Source: Saprospira sp. CCB-QB6
GTDB lineage: Bacteria; Bacteroidota; Bacteroidia; Chitinophagales; Saprospiraceae
Direction: 5' to 3'
DNA length: 64,000 bases
NCBI RefSeq assembly: GCF_028464065.1
Contig: NZ_CP116808.1
Coordinates: 943,886 to 1,007,885, forward strand
In this document: one piece after another, positions 1 through 9,811 of the stretch
Layout: each line of letters opens with the position of its first letter
Position numbering within the stretch: the stretch's first letter is position 1
Notes under the pieces: generated by a model
The model's input: the letters and a program-made list of their open reading frames with translations, nothing else
What the model was told of the DNA's origin: nothing
Databases searched by the model: none
Position numbers and translations under genes: made by a program

Positions 1-1356
1 GCTCAGCCTTTTTTAACACGTGGAGAGGGAAATGCCAAACAGAATTTCTTTGCTTCTTTTGACCAATGGCATGACGAGCTTTGGCCTGCTCTAGCCAAAA
101 GTTTAGGAGAAAACGGCCAAGTGCCTATCAAAAAGAACAGTTATAAAGTTCAATTGCTACACGATTGGCATGCACAGGCTTTAGGCGAAAATGATTTTGT
201 CCGTGCTCAATTACTTAGCAAAAAGGAATTGGTCCAACAAAATAGCCCTTTTGCTAGTTCTAAAATTGAGTTACAAATTGCCTTGCCTGAAGGCCAAAGT
301 TATAAAACTGGCGGTTACATTGATATTCTGCCTCAGAATAGTCAAGCTAATATTCAGCGAGTGTTGCGCCATTTTCAAATGCAACATGATCCCTATATCA
401 AATTGGAATCGGAAGAGCAGTCCGTTGCCCTAAAATTACCTTTGGACCAGCATATTCGCCTGAGTGATTTACTTAAGTATTATGTAGAGCTACAACGACC
501 TGCAAGCAAAAAACTACTGGAAGAAATTTTGGCTCAAACTCGTTGTCCATTTTCGGCTCAAGGAATTCAACAATTTATTGACAACTATGAGGCAGAGGTT
601 TTACATAAAAACCGCAGCTTACTTAGTATTATCGAGCAGTTTCCTGGAGCAAAGATTGATCTAGGCCAATTTATTACAGCTTTGCCTGCTATGCGTCCTA
701 GAACCTACTCTATTTCTTCTTCCGTTAAACAATCTCCTGAAAAGGCTAGCTTAGTAATTTCCTGCATTAAAGGAGAAGCTTGGTCTGGACAAGGAGAATA
801 CCAAGGCCTAGCCTCTAGCTATCTCAGTCAGGTAGAAGAAGGCAACCTTCTTTGGTTGCGCTTTATGCCCAATTTACCCAACTTCCCTGCTCCAAAAAGC
901 GAAGATAAACTCATCTGTATTGCTGCAGGTACGGGTATCGCCCCCTTTAGAGCCTTTATGCAAGAACGCAGCCTAGAGAAAACGCCAGAAAAAGCGCTAT
1001 TTTTCTATGGTTGCCGTGCCAAAGAAGTCGATCAACTTTATGCGGAAGAGTTTGCGCAATGGGAAAAAGCAGGTTGGTTAGATTTGCGTCCCGTTTACTC
1101 TAGAGCACCCGAACAAGAAGATCAAACCTATGTACAGCATCGCCTTTGGGCAGATAGAGATGCTTTTTGGGATGCTTGGCAAGAAGGCGCCAAAATCTAT
1201 ATCTGTGGAGATGGCGAAGGCATGGCCCCTGCGGTCCGTCAATGCCTCATGGATATTTACCAAGAAAAGACCCAAGCTACAGAAGCCCAAGCCCTAGATT
1301 GGTTGATGCAAATTGCAGGTAAGGACAAGCGCTATTTTACCGATATTTTTAGCTAA
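1..1356 (+). CDS. FAD/NADPH-binding flavoprotein reductase domain (CysJ / cytochrome-P450-reductase family), 5'-truncated at window edge
   Basis: The reading frame is open from nt 1 with no in-frame stop upstream of the GTG at 121. It has the RxYSISSS FAD-binding motif, an IAAGTGIAPFRAF NADPH GxGxAP motif, and a C-terminal YICGDGEGMAPAV. Confidence 0.6.
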   Translation, partial: AQPFLTRGEGNAKQNFFASFDQWHDELWPALAKSLGENGQVPIKKNSYKVQLLHDWHAQALGENDFVRAQLLSKKELVQQNSPFASSKIELQIALPEGQSYKTGGYIDILPQNSQANIQRVLRHFQMQHDPYIKLESEEQSVALKLPLDQHIRLSDLLKYYVELQRPASKKLLEEILAQTRCPFSAQGIQQFIDNYEAEVLHKNRSLLSIIEQFPGAKIDLGQFITALPAMRPRTYSISSSVKQSPEKASLVISCIKGEAWSGQGEYQGLASSYLSQVEEGNLLWLRFMPNLPNFPAPKSEDKLICIAAGTGIAPFRAFMQERSLEKTPEKALFFYGCRAKEVDQLYAEEFAQWEKAGWLDLRPVYSRAPEQEDQTYVQHRLWADRDAFWDAWQEGAKIYICGDGEGMAPAVRQCLMDIYQEKTQATEAQALDWLMQIAGKDKRYFTDIFS

Positions 1357-1403
1357 AAAAAACTTAATTGTCCCATAAAAAAGGCTCAGCAAGGAATTGC
1401 TGG

Positions 1404-1580
1404 GCCTCTCTGCGTTTTGCAGGGCGCGAAGCGCCCGCAGGCTGAGGGGCTGTAGCAGGGCCGCCGAAGGCGGCAGACCAAAGGCTTTTGAAGCGCAGCG
1501 AAAAGCCTGCAGGGCCGAGCAGACCTGCGAGCTGCGCAATGGCCCGACCCGAGCGAAGCGAGTGGGCAGCCCCAAAAAAG
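1404..1580. repeat. REP/MITE-like GC-rich element (reverse orientation, type 1)
   Basis: It ends GCAGGGCCGAGCAGACCTGCGAGCTGCGCAATGGCCCGACCCGAGCGAAGCGAGTGGGCAGCCCCAAAAAA. Confidence 0.75.
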
Positions 1581-1634
1581 AGAAAGATTTGGGCCATGCA
1601 GCTAGACAAAAAAGCCTATATTGGCGGCTAATTT

Positions 1635-2531
1635 TTGCTTATGTATTTAGTTGCGGAACATCTGGTTCAGGAAGAGCAGGCGGGAAGAGTGTATGATTAT
1701 GCGCAGGGGTTATTTCCTTTGCTTCCCAGCCGAAAAAGTGTAAAAAAAGCCCTAGATAAAGGCCTTTTGAAGGTTAATGGGCAGGCGGTTGGCACGGGCT
1801 ATTACTTGCAGACAGGCGATGTTTTGGCCCTTTGGCAGCGGCCTGTCAATCAAAAAGAGCGGGAGTTGCCTTTGGAGGTGCATTATGAGGATGATGATTT
1901 GGCGCTAGTTTACAAGCCAGCGGGCATTGCCGTTTCGGGCTATCACAAACACAATTTTCAGCAGCGTTTTCAGGCGGGTTTGCAGCCTTCTTCGGCGGAG
2001 GATGCCCTGCCCTCTCCCCTGCCGGTGCATCGTTTAGATTTGCCTACACAAGGTTTATTATTGGTGGGAAAACGAGCCTCTTCGCTGCGTTTTTTGCAGG
2101 CTGCTTTTGCCCAAAGAAAGGTACAAAAAACCTATTTGGCGGTTGTTATGGGGCGGCCAACGCAGGCCAAAGGGCGGCTCGATAGCCCCGTAGATGGCAA
2201 GGCCGCTGAGACTGATTATCGCTTGCTTTGGAGCGTTCCTTCTTTGCGTTCTGGGCAGTTGAGCTTGCTCGAACTGCGGCCAAAAACGGGACGGAAACAC
2301 CAGCTACGGCAGCAATTGGCCCAGATTGATTGTCCCATTGTTGGCGATAAGCAATATGGGCCAAAAGGAAAGACCCTTTTGCATAAGGGTCTTTTCTTGG
2401 TTTCTATTGGATTGGCCTTTCCGCATCCTGCAGGAGACCAACTTGAGCTCAGCATGCCCGCTCCAACTAAGTTTTTGCGCTTATTGGAACGGGAGCGCAG
2501 GCAATGGGAAAAATACCAGCCCTTGGTCTAA
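1635..2531 (+). CDS. RluA-family RNA pseudouridine synthase
   Basis: It has an S4-like N-terminus and the catalytic motif HRLDLPTQGLLLVGK (HRLD..T.G), which is typical of the RluA/RsuA family. Confidence 0.7.
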   Translation: MLMYLVAEHLVQEEQAGRVYDYAQGLFPLLPSRKSVKKALDKGLLKVNGQAVGTGYYLQTGDVLALWQRPVNQKERELPLEVHYEDDDLALVYKPAGIAVSGYHKHNFQQRFQAGLQPSSAEDALPSPLPVHRLDLPTQGLLLVGKRASSLRFLQAAFAQRKVQKTYLAVVMGRPTQAKGRLDSPVDGKAAETDYRLLWSVPSLRSGQLSLLELRPKTGRKHQLRQQLAQIDCPIVGDKQYGPKGKTLLHKGLFLVSIGLAFPHPAGDQLELSMPAPTKFLRLLERERRQWEKYQPLV

Positions 2532-3592
2532 CGGAAAGACCAATCGTATTTTGGAATATTCAACAAGCACTGCTTGAGCAGCTGAATACTTTGGTAAATA
2601 TCCTCTTTATGGGCCATTTCTACGGTTTGGTGCACATGTCGACAAGGAATAGAGATCGCCCCTGTGATGGCACCTGATTTTCCATATAGTTGCAAACCGC
2701 CAGTATCGCTTCCGCCACCGGTCAAGATTTCGGGCTGCCAAGGGATTTCGGCTGCATCGGCTGCTTCTTTCATAAATTGCACCATGCGATAATCGCAAAT
2801 ACTAGAGCCATCCATAATTTTAATAGCAGTCCCCGCGCCCAAAGCCGTAATTTTCTCATGTGCCTGGGCCCCAGGCACATCAAAAGCAATGGTAATATCT
2901 AGGCCCAAACCGAAATCGGGGTTAATATTATGAGCGGCAACTCGAGCGCCACGCAAGCCCACCTCTTCTTGTACCGTAAAAACGCCATAGACATCATAAT
3001 CGAGTTGCTCATCTTTGAGCTCTCGCAAGCATTCGAGCAGAATAAAAACGGCCAAGCGATTGTCCAAAGACTTAGAGTTCACGCAATCGCCCATTTCAAT
3101 CAGCTCTCGCTCTCGACTAATGGGATCACCTACCGATACGTACTTTTCGAGCTCTTCTTTGCTCATGCCCGTATCAATAAAATAGTCCTTAATGCCTAGA
3201 CTTTTGCCTCTTTCTGCGGCCGACATCAAATGAATGGGCTTGCTGCCCATCACGCCAACAATATCCTTTTTGCCATGCACAATCACCCGTTGTGAGCTCA
3301 ATGTTTTGGGATCAAATCCGCCCAAAGTATGAAAGCGCAAAAAGCCCCCATCTTCAATATGCGTCACGATAAATCCAATCTCATCTAAATGAGCCGCCAC
3401 CATGATTTTTTTCTTGGAGCCCTGGCCGCTTCCCTTGCGAACTGCATACAAATTGCCCAAAGCATCCGTAAAACAATCATCTACCAAAGGACGCACTTCT
3501 GATTCTACAAACTGACGCAAACGCTGCTCAAAACCAGGAGGCGCCGCCGTTTTACAAATTGTACTGAGTAAAGGGATATTTAGTTTCTCCAT
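2528..3592 (-). CDS. M42 family metallopeptidase (FrvX/YpdE-like aminopeptidase)
   Basis: The sequence MVAAHLDEIGFIVTHIEDGGFLRFHTLGGFD and its 354-aa length match the M42 peptidase fold. Confidence 0.75.
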   Translation of the reverse strand: MEKLNIPLLSTICKTAAPPGFEQRLRQFVESEVRPLVDDCFTDALGNLYAVRKGSGQGSKKKIMVAAHLDEIGFIVTHIEDGGFLRFHTLGGFDPKTLSSQRVIVHGKKDIVGVMGSKPIHLMSAAERGKSLGIKDYFIDTGMSKEELEKYVSVGDPISRERELIEMGDCVNSKSLDNRLAVFILLECLRELKDEQLDYDVYGVFTVQEEVGLRGARVAAHNINPDFGLGLDITIAFDVPGAQAHEKITALGAGTAIKIMDGSSICDYRMVQFMKEAADAAEIPWQPEILTGGGSDTGGLQLYGKSGAITGAISIPCRHVHQTVEMAHKEDIYQSIQLLKQCLLNIPKYDWSFR

Positions 3593-3787
3593 ATTTTTAT
3601 TATTTTTTTAATGATTTTGACTCTACACTTTTGGCTTTGACCTAGTTTTAAGAGGAAAGTGCAGCCCCAAATGTAGGGAGATCCACAAAAAATATATGCT
3701 ATTATTGAATAAGCTAGCAGCAAGCTACAATAAACTCATATAATAATAGTAAATTAAAGGCTCAAACAGGCAGTTATCCAACACCTT

Positions 3788-4210
3788 ATGAAAACGAGAA
3801 ATCAAATAGACCAATCTATCGATGAATTGCTAAACCGCATCGAGCAAGAGTGTCAGGAAGAACCCGACACCCTACTTAGCATTCATCCAGCCCATTATAC
3901 CACCGAACACCTCTTTCAGCTGCGGGGACGTTGGCAACAACGCAACCGAGAATATCAACGATTGTCTAGAATTATCTTTGCCGCAGGCGTCGCCGCTCCC
4001 CTCTTTTTTGGCCTTGGTATGCTCGGATTTTGGTCTTGGGCCATTTTAGGCCTCATTTTTTTCCCCATCGCCGCCACCGCCTTTATGTTTTTTCTGCTCG
4101 GTAGCATCTGGCTATCCGCCAAATATAAAAGCAGCGGCTACCAACAAGCAATCCTAAAAGCCATAGACGAAGAACTCAAAGAAAGAGGACAATTCCTAGA
4201 AGAACATTAA
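3788..4210 (+). CDS. hypothetical membrane protein
   Basis: A 140-aa ORF with two predicted TM helices in the C-terminal half. I recognise no family. Confidence 0.4.
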   Translation: MKTRNQIDQSIDELLNRIEQECQEEPDTLLSIHPAHYTTEHLFQLRGRWQQRNREYQRLSRIIFAAGVAAPLFFGLGMLGFWSWAILGLIFFPIAATAFMFFLLGSIWLSAKYKSSGYQQAILKAIDEELKERGQFLEEH

Positions 4211-4216
4211 TAATAA

Positions 4217-4345
4217 TTTTTTGGGGCCTCCGCAGCAAAGCTGCGGCGCTACGTTCCGCAGCTCGCAGTTCTGCTCGGCCCATCGCCGCTAAGCGGCTCG
4301 GTCTGGCCCTACGGGCCACTGCTACACATCGCTAGGCCAGTCGCT
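4217..4345. repeat. REP/MITE-like element (forward, type 2)
   Basis: It starts TTTTTTGGGGCCTCCGCAGC and contains CTGCTACACATCGCTAGGCC. Confidence 0.75.
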
Positions 4346-4412
4346 TCGCTCCTCTCTAAGCCCATTATAAAGGCAAAAAGGGCAAAAAAGCTGGCAAGAT
4401 TTCTCCAAAAAC

Positions 4413-4442
4413 TTGATTAAAAGAATATTTTGTCTATCTTTG
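4413..4442 (+). promoter_or_regulatory. Bacteroidetes-type sigma-A promoter candidate upstream of rplY
   Basis: TTG at 4413-4415 and TAtcTTTG at 4435-4442, separated by 19 bp, match the -33 TTG / -7 TAnnTTTG consensus. It lies about 110 bp upstream of the rplY start. Confidence 0.4.
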
Positions 4443-4552
4443 CAACACTTTTGTAAAGCAGGAAGAAAGCCAGTGAGGGCCAAATGGCACACTAGCTTCT
4501 TTTAATTTTTATAGACAACGCTTAGTTATAATAATACAAATACGCATTTCTG

Positions 4553-5143
4553 ATGAAAACGATTGAATTTGAGGGCCAACTGAGAAGCAACCTAGGAAAA
4601 AGCAGCAGCAGAGAACTTCGCAAAGAAGGGCGCATTCCTTGTGTAGTTTACGGAAATGGCGAAAACCTCCACTTTACTACTACTGCTCTTGAGATCCGCG
4701 ATCTTATCTACACCAACGAGCTTCGCAAGGCTAGCATCAAATTGGGAGAAAAGACCGTTGAAGCGATCATCAAAGAGGTGCAGTTCCACCCCGTAACAGA
4801 CAAAATCCTCCACATTGACTTCCAAGCTGTAGTAGCTGGTCAAACTTTGAAAACTGAGATTCCTATCCGTCTTGTAGGTAACTCTAAAGGTCAAAAAGTA
4901 GGGGGTACATTGGTGCAAAAAATGCGCAAGCTAAAAGTATTGATCCAACCCGAAAGCCTTTGCGCTTACATCGCTGCTGATGTAACTCCTTTGGACTTGG
5001 GTAAATCAATGCGTGTACGCGACATCCAAATCGCTGAAGGTATCGAAATCATGACTAACGGTAGCATTCCTGTAGCATCTATCGAGATTCCTCGTGCCTT
5101 GCGTTCTGCTCAGTCTAAAGCTGCTGCTGAAGCTAAAAAATAA
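4553..5143 (+). CDS. rplY: 50S ribosomal protein L25 / general stress protein Ctc
   Basis: The N-terminus EFEGQLRSNLGKSSSRELRKEGRIPCVVYG is typical of L25/Ctc. Length is 196 aa. Confidence 0.85.
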   Translation: MKTIEFEGQLRSNLGKSSSRELRKEGRIPCVVYGNGENLHFTTTALEIRDLIYTNELRKASIKLGEKTVEAIIKEVQFHPVTDKILHIDFQAVVAGQTLKTEIPIRLVGNSKGQKVGGTLVQKMRKLKVLIQPESLCAYIAADVTPLDLGKSMRVRDIQIAEGIEIMTNGSIPVASIEIPRALRSAQSKAAAEAKK

Positions 5144-5169
5144 GAAGGAGATTAACTTTCCTTTCATAA

Positions 5170-5204
5170 AACGCAGTTCAATGCTATTGAACTGCGTTTT
5201 TTAT
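5170..5204 (+). terminator. rho-independent terminator after rplY
   Basis: A 13-bp perfect stem (AACGCAGTTCAAT / ATTGAACTGCGTT) with a 3-nt loop is followed by a T run. Confidence 0.7.
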
Positions 5205-5274
5205 TTGAAGATCTATGATTGCTTGGATTAAACAACTTTTTGGTAGCTCCACTACCCCCAAAAGTATAGACCCT

Positions 5275-5895
5275 ATGAAGTATCTTATTGTAGGCCTGGG
5301 CAATATTGGCGCAGAATATAGCGAGACCCGCCACAATATTGGCTTCAAAGTAGCCGATGCCCTAGCCGAAAGCCTAGACGCCAAATTTGAAACTAAACGC
5401 TATGGCGATCTGGCCCAAGGAAAATATAAAGGCCGCAGTTTGCTCATCCTCAAGCCTTCTACTTATATGAATTTAAGTGGAAAAGCATTGATGTACTGGA
5501 TGAAAAAGGAAAAGCTCAGCCTAGAAAATGTCTTGGTCCTTGTCGATGATCTCAATATCAATTTTGGAACAATTCGCCTTAGAGGAAAAGGAGGTGCTGG
5601 GGGCCACAATGGCCTCAAAAGCATAGAGGAAGAGTTGGGCCATAATGATTATGCTCGCCTACGCATTGGTATTGGAAATAATTATCCCAAAGGCCGACAA
5701 GTAGAATTTGTTTTGGGCAAATGGAGCCCCGAAGAAATCGAACTACTCCCCAAAGTTATCCGACATTGCCAAGGCGCCTGCAAAAGCTATAGCTTTTTGG
5801 GCCTGGCCAATAGCATGAATCTCAGTAATAAAAAGCTCTTTGCCCCACCAACTAGCCAAGCAGAGGTAGACAAAGATGATTTGCCTGAAGTATAA
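5275..5895 (+). CDS. pth: peptidyl-tRNA hydrolase
   Basis: MKYLIVGLGNIGAEYSETRHNIGF is the canonical Pth N-terminus. I moved the start to the internal ATG at 5275. Confidence 0.85.
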   Translation: MKYLIVGLGNIGAEYSETRHNIGFKVADALAESLDAKFETKRYGDLAQGKYKGRSLLILKPSTYMNLSGKALMYWMKKEKLSLENVLVLVDDLNINFGTIRLRGKGGAGGHNGLKSIEEELGHNDYARLRIGIGNNYPKGRQVEFVLGKWSPEEIELLPKVIRHCQGACKSYSFLGLANSMNLSNKKLFAPPTSQAEVDKDDLPEV

Positions 5896-5904
5896 AAGCA
5901 AAAA

Positions 5905-5937
5905 GGGCGGCCAGCAAATGCTGGCCGCCCTTTTTTA
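5905..5937 (+). terminator. rho-independent terminator after pth
   Basis: GGGCGGCCAGC-AAAT-GCTGGCCGCCC is followed by TTTTTT. Confidence 0.75.
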
Positions 5938-5952
5938 GGCTAGAGACAAGCC

Positions 5953-6411
5953 CTAAAAGCGGTAATAAGTAGGCTCTTTCCACTCAAAATCTTTGTGGCG
6001 AGGCAACTCATCAATAACTGCGGCAACGAGTTCGGGCCAAGGGGCCGTAATTTTGCGGGCCTGCATATCAATCCAGCTCCCGTCAATGACTACTCTAGCG
6101 GCTAATTTGCCATTTTCTTTGCGGACCTCCTGCTCAATAGTATAAAACGTATAGTCTTCTGAGGCTGCTTTGAGCAGCATATTAAAACTAAGCTTTTCGT
6201 GCATTTGAGTTTCTCGGATATAAGTGCTTTGCTCTCTGAGCAAAATAGCACCTAGGCCCTTTTTGGCCAAATCTTGTAAAGGGAAACCCTGTTGAGCAAA
6301 AAAACTGATCCGAGTGTGGGCCGCGTACTGGCTGTAAGAAGTATGACGCATATGCTGATTGGGGTCCATATCGGCCCAAATGATCTCTACTTCTTTTTCA
6401 TAAGATTTCAT
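5953..6411 (-). CDS. acyl-CoA thioesterase (4HBT/YbgC hotdog family)
   Basis: MKSYEKEVEIIWADMDPNQHMRHTSYSQYAAH matches the 4HBT family. I set the start at the ATG at 6411, because the longer ORF in the track runs into a REP element. Confidence 0.7.
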   Translation of the reverse strand: MKSYEKEVEIIWADMDPNQHMRHTSYSQYAAHTRISFFAQQGFPLQDLAKKGLGAILLREQSTYIRETQMHEKLSFNMLLKAASEDYTFYTIEQEVRKENGKLAARVVIDGSWIDMQARKITAPWPELVAAVIDELPRHKDFEWKEPTYYRF

Positions 6412-6461
6412 AATAGAATATTGAATTTGATTGATGATTTCAGTGAGTGGCTGCGTTCTAC

Positions 6462-6608
6462 AGGCCCGAAGGGCCGCAGGCCTAGCGATGTGGAGCAGTG
6501 CGGCAAAGCCGCAGACCAAAGGCAGGCGCAGCCTGCCTGCAGGGCCGAGCAGAACTGCGAGCTGCGGAACGTAGCGCCGACGAGCGAAGCGAGGCGGAGG
6601 CCCCAAAA
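6462..6608. repeat. REP/MITE-like element (reverse, type 2)
   Basis: It has GGCCTAGCGATGTGGAGCAG and ends GCGAAGCGAGGCGGAGGCCCCAAAA. Confidence 0.75.
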
Positions 6609-6616
6609 TAACAAGA

Positions 6617-7774
6617 TTAAGGCAAGGCTTTCACCGCCTTTCTAATCATGTAGCGATTGAGCCAAAGGATGCCGAGGGCCAAAAATGCGGCCGTTAGGAG
6701 AACCGTAAAATGTGGCCAATTGCCGATGGCATAGCCCTCTTGGCTAAGGAGATAGCCGAGGCCAAACTTGAGCGGCAGCAAAATGGCAAAGACCGCAAGG
6801 AGGATATAAATGAGCAGCAAATTGAGTTTTTGTCCCAATACTTGGGCAATTTGCTCTTGGCGATAACCGAGTTGGAGCAGCAGTAAAATATCGCTTTGCG
6901 CTTGGCTGACCAAGAGGCGATAATTGAGTAAAAGGACCAAAACGGAGAGGCTGATAATGGCCGTGGCCAAGAACAGCAGGAAGGCGAGCAAGAGAAAAAT
7001 TCCCTGTTTGAGTTCGCCCCCAATTAGGCTATTTCGGCTGAGTTCGTACTCCTTTTCGCTGAGATAATCGGCCAAAGATTTTTGAAAGGGATTATCCGTT
7101 TTTAGGATGAGTTGGCTAACCTTAGCCTCCTCATAACCAAATGTTTGGTTGCTGGCTTGCAGAAAGCTAGCGGGCACCAAAATCGAATTAAATTTGCGGC
7201 TAAGGCCGACAATTTTGGCCTTATAGGTTTTGCGATTCTTTTTTCCTCGGATATCGAAATCGAAGGCAAAAGAGCCCAACATATCTGCGCTAATTTTGGG
7301 TAGGCCTTGGCTGGGGCCAAAACCATAATTATAGAGGCTGAGGTAATCGTTGGAGAGCACTACAGGCACAAAAGGGTCGCCCTCGGTCCATTGAAAATCG
7401 CTGCTATCTATATCCACATAATTTAGGGGAACTGACTGGCAAAAAAGCAGGGTAGAAAAGCCCAACTGCGGCACTCTGGCCATCAATTCATAGCGATTGG
7501 AGCGAACGGGGGCTAGATCTTGGCAAAAACCTTGGGCTCGAATATCGGCAATTTCCTCCTCGCTAAAGCTTTTTTCTCCGCTTAAGCCTTCTACCTTCTT
7601 TTGGAGGACCAAAAGGTTTTCATCGCTAGCGCCATTGGCTAGCGTTTGCACATCCCAAAAAATTTGGAGGCTAAACAAGAGGAGAAAGAGGCCTAAAAAA
7701 AGGCCAATAGCCGCTCCCCAAATTTGCCAAGGAGAGCGGCTTTTCCATAGTAATTTTTGTAATAGAGGCTTCAT
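6617..7774 (-). CDS. FtsX-like ABC-transporter permease (orphan, no adjacent ATPase)
   Basis: It has an N-terminal TM helix, a large extracytoplasmic domain, and a C-terminal three-TM bundle with an FtsX-like signature. Confidence 0.55.
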   Translation of the reverse strand: MKPLLQKLLWKSRSPWQIWGAAIGLFLGLFLLLFSLQIFWDVQTLANGASDENLLVLQKKVEGLSGEKSFSEEEIADIRAQGFCQDLAPVRSNRYELMARVPQLGFSTLLFCQSVPLNYVDIDSSDFQWTEGDPFVPVVLSNDYLSLYNYGFGPSQGLPKISADMLGSFAFDFDIRGKKNRKTYKAKIVGLSRKFNSILVPASFLQASNQTFGYEEAKVSQLILKTDNPFQKSLADYLSEKEYELSRNSLIGGELKQGIFLLLAFLLFLATAIISLSVLVLLLNYRLLVSQAQSDILLLLQLGYRQEQIAQVLGQKLNLLLIYILLAVFAILLPLKFGLGYLLSQEGYAIGNWPHFTVLLTAAFLALGILWLNRYMIRKAVKALP

Positions 7775-7786
7775 AAACTAGGCGGC

Positions 7787-8710
7787 TTAGAGGAAACGGC
7801 GACGGATCCATTTAATAAAATCCTTAGCGAGCTCCTGCTTGTCTTTTTTCATCCAGTTGCCTTCTGGAATCAATTTGTTTTCTAGGTATTCTCTGGCCTG
7901 ATTAAAATCATCGGCCTTGCGATTAAAATAATCCACAGCCTCATCAAAGCGGCTGGCATCGCCTGCAAAGAGCTCACCGATATAGCGGAATCTTTGGCCT
8001 ACCCCAATACTTCCTTTGAGATCGCTAATGGGCTTTTGCTGTAAGCGGCTCATTAGGTCGGTTGCCTGTTTGAAGACAAATAAGGCTTCGTATTCTTCTT
8101 TATTTCCCTTTGCTTCGGGCTCTTCTTTAGGCGGATCGACAGCAGGAAGCTCAACTTCTGCTTTGGGTTCTTCTTTTTTGGGAACTGCGGGGGGGGCTTC
8201 TACCAGCTCTTCTTCCTGGACCTCAGGAATCTCCTCTACAGGAGGCAAAATTTCTTCTGCTGTTTTGGGAGTTTCTTCTTTGGGGGTTTCGATTGCTCGG
8301 CTTTGAGGAATTTCTTTTTCCTCTTCTATAAGTACCTCCTCTTTTTGGGGAACTTCTGGCGCTTTTTCTTCTACTAGAGGGGGGGCTACTGGAGCGGGAA
8401 TTTCCTCTTCTTTTGTAGTTGTTTTTATTGGTGCATTAAAGAAAAATTTAGGGCCTGTTTTTGGGGCTTCCTCTTTAGGTTCTTCTTGGATGGGTTCTTT
8501 TAGAGGTTCCGGGGCTTTTTCTTCCTCTATTTTTTGAGGAGCGACTTCTTGGATAGGGGTCTCTTCTTGGGCCAAGGCCAATTCATAAAAACCTCTAATT
8601 TTTTGTAGAACAAGGTCTCGTTCTAGTTGGCTAATGGGTTGAGATTCTTCGATTCGTTCCAATAGGATTTGAAATTGGGCAATCTCCTCTTTTAGCGCTT
8701 TAAGTTTCAT
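7787..8710 (-). CDS. hypothetical protein with Pro/Glu/Lys-rich low-complexity core
   Basis: It has a coiled-coil N-terminus, then about 150 aa of PEK-rich repeats (EEKAPE, PKEE), then a conserved-looking C-terminus. Confidence 0.4.
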   Translation of the reverse strand: MKLKALKEEIAQFQILLERIEESQPISQLERDLVLQKIRGFYELALAQEETPIQEVAPQKIEEEKAPEPLKEPIQEEPKEEAPKTGPKFFFNAPIKTTTKEEEIPAPVAPPLVEEKAPEVPQKEEVLIEEEKEIPQSRAIETPKEETPKTAEEILPPVEEIPEVQEEELVEAPPAVPKKEEPKAEVELPAVDPPKEEPEAKGNKEEYEALFVFKQATDLMSRLQQKPISDLKGSIGVGQRFRYIGELFAGDASRFDEAVDYFNRKADDFNQAREYLENKLIPEGNWMKKDKQELAKDFIKWIRRRFL

Positions 8711-8721
8711 GCTAATTTATT

Positions 8722-9342
8722 TTATGAGCAGCGATCTGGCTGGTAATATGTTTCGTCAAGGGCAAAAAGTTCGGGATTTTTTCCCAGTATGTCCTTATAA
8801 AAGCACATAATTTCGGCCATATCCTTGGCAATATCTCCAGAGGGGTGAATAACCTTGCCGATTCCTCCTTCTTTTTTGGCATAATCTAGCCAACCGAGTA
8901 AAATAGGCACCTTTGCCTTTAGGGCCACATAATAAAAGCCTGTTTTCCATTTAACCACCTTGGAGCGGGTACCTTCTGGCTCCATGATAATGCAAAGCCG
9001 CTCTTGGCCCTCAAACAAATTGGCAATAACATCTACCATAGAAGGGCGCTCTTCGCCTTCTTTCTTGGGTTTGCGGTTAATTCCGATCCCTCCCATCATC
9101 TTAAAAAACCAGCCAAAAGGTGGCCGCATATAATCATCTTTGATGGTGTACTTAATGGGAACGCCTAGCTGGGCCATAGCGGCCATGGTGAGGGGATAAT
9201 CCCAGTTGGTGGTATGCGGTGCCGCAATAAGGACACAGTTACCTTGGGCCTCTTCTGGAATACTAGGGTGTATTTTCCAACCCGCTAGTTTTAGGTAGAG
9301 CTGGCTAACTATTTTCTTAATCATTGTTTTTATTTTCTCCAA
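8722..9342 (-). CDS. lysophospholipid acyltransferase-family protein (PlsC-like)
   Basis: AAPHTTNWDYP is an HxxxxD-type acyltransferase motif. Length is 206 aa. Confidence 0.55.
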   Translation of the reverse strand: MEKIKTMIKKIVSQLYLKLAGWKIHPSIPEEAQGNCVLIAAPHTTNWDYPLTMAAMAQLGVPIKYTIKDDYMRPPFGWFFKMMGGIGINRKPKKEGEERPSMVDVIANLFEGQERLCIIMEPEGTRSKVVKWKTGFYYVALKAKVPILLGWLDYAKKEGGIGKVIHPSGDIAKDMAEIMCFYKDILGKNPELFALDETYYQPDRCS

Positions 9343-9811
9343 AATACAACTAAAAAAAGGGGCATCTTCTCCAATGACGATATTTAGTAATCATTTAATA
9401 CTCCTCTTCTCTCTACTTAAAGTAGTAGTTTATACAAAAAAAGCATCTTGGCGCTGCTACACCAAGATGCCCAATAGGCATACACCTATTCTCATGAAAA
9501 ATCTACTAATTGTAAGGGCAAGCTGCTTTATTTCTTACCCTTTGCTGCTTAGCTAAGATAAGGATTTATTATCAAAACTTCATTCTAATCTCCCCCCTTC
9601 TATCCACTAAACAGAATTTTTAAACACTTTTAGCATTTTTTAACCCCTAAAAAAGAAAATCCCAGCCCAAATAGCTCAGCCAATTGCAAATAAAAAGCTA
9701 GTAATCAACAATTTTGATTTTACTTAACTACAAATAAGATCTATAAGTAGCCCCCTATTTTCCAATATTTTATTTTAATTTTGTGCCCTAATCTTTAGAT
9801 CTCACACAGCT

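Noticed and set aside
1294-1696. Short overlapping ORFs inside REP elements (e.g. 1294-1575, 1364-1609, 1397-1696, 6408-6614, 10976-11269, 20557-20826, 37350-37631, 40869-41201, 46547-46806, 51737-51956, 58319-58635, 61663-61938)
   Set aside because: These are GC-rich repeat elements that are open in several frames. The same 'proteins' (…GRAIAQLAGLLGPA…, …PSAALLQPLSL…) recur on both strands at every copy. That is characteristic of translated repeats, not genes.
5215-5274. Longer N-terminus for pth (MIAWIKQLFGSSTTPKSIDP…)
   Set aside because: Canonical Pth begins at MKYLIVGLGN. The upstream extension overlaps the rplY terminator region.
8016-8306. Ser/Gly/Thr-rich 96-aa ORF on the plus strand
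   Set aside because: It is the antisense translation of the PEK-rich low-complexity region of gene 7787-8710, and so an artefact of repetitive purine/pyrimidine composition.
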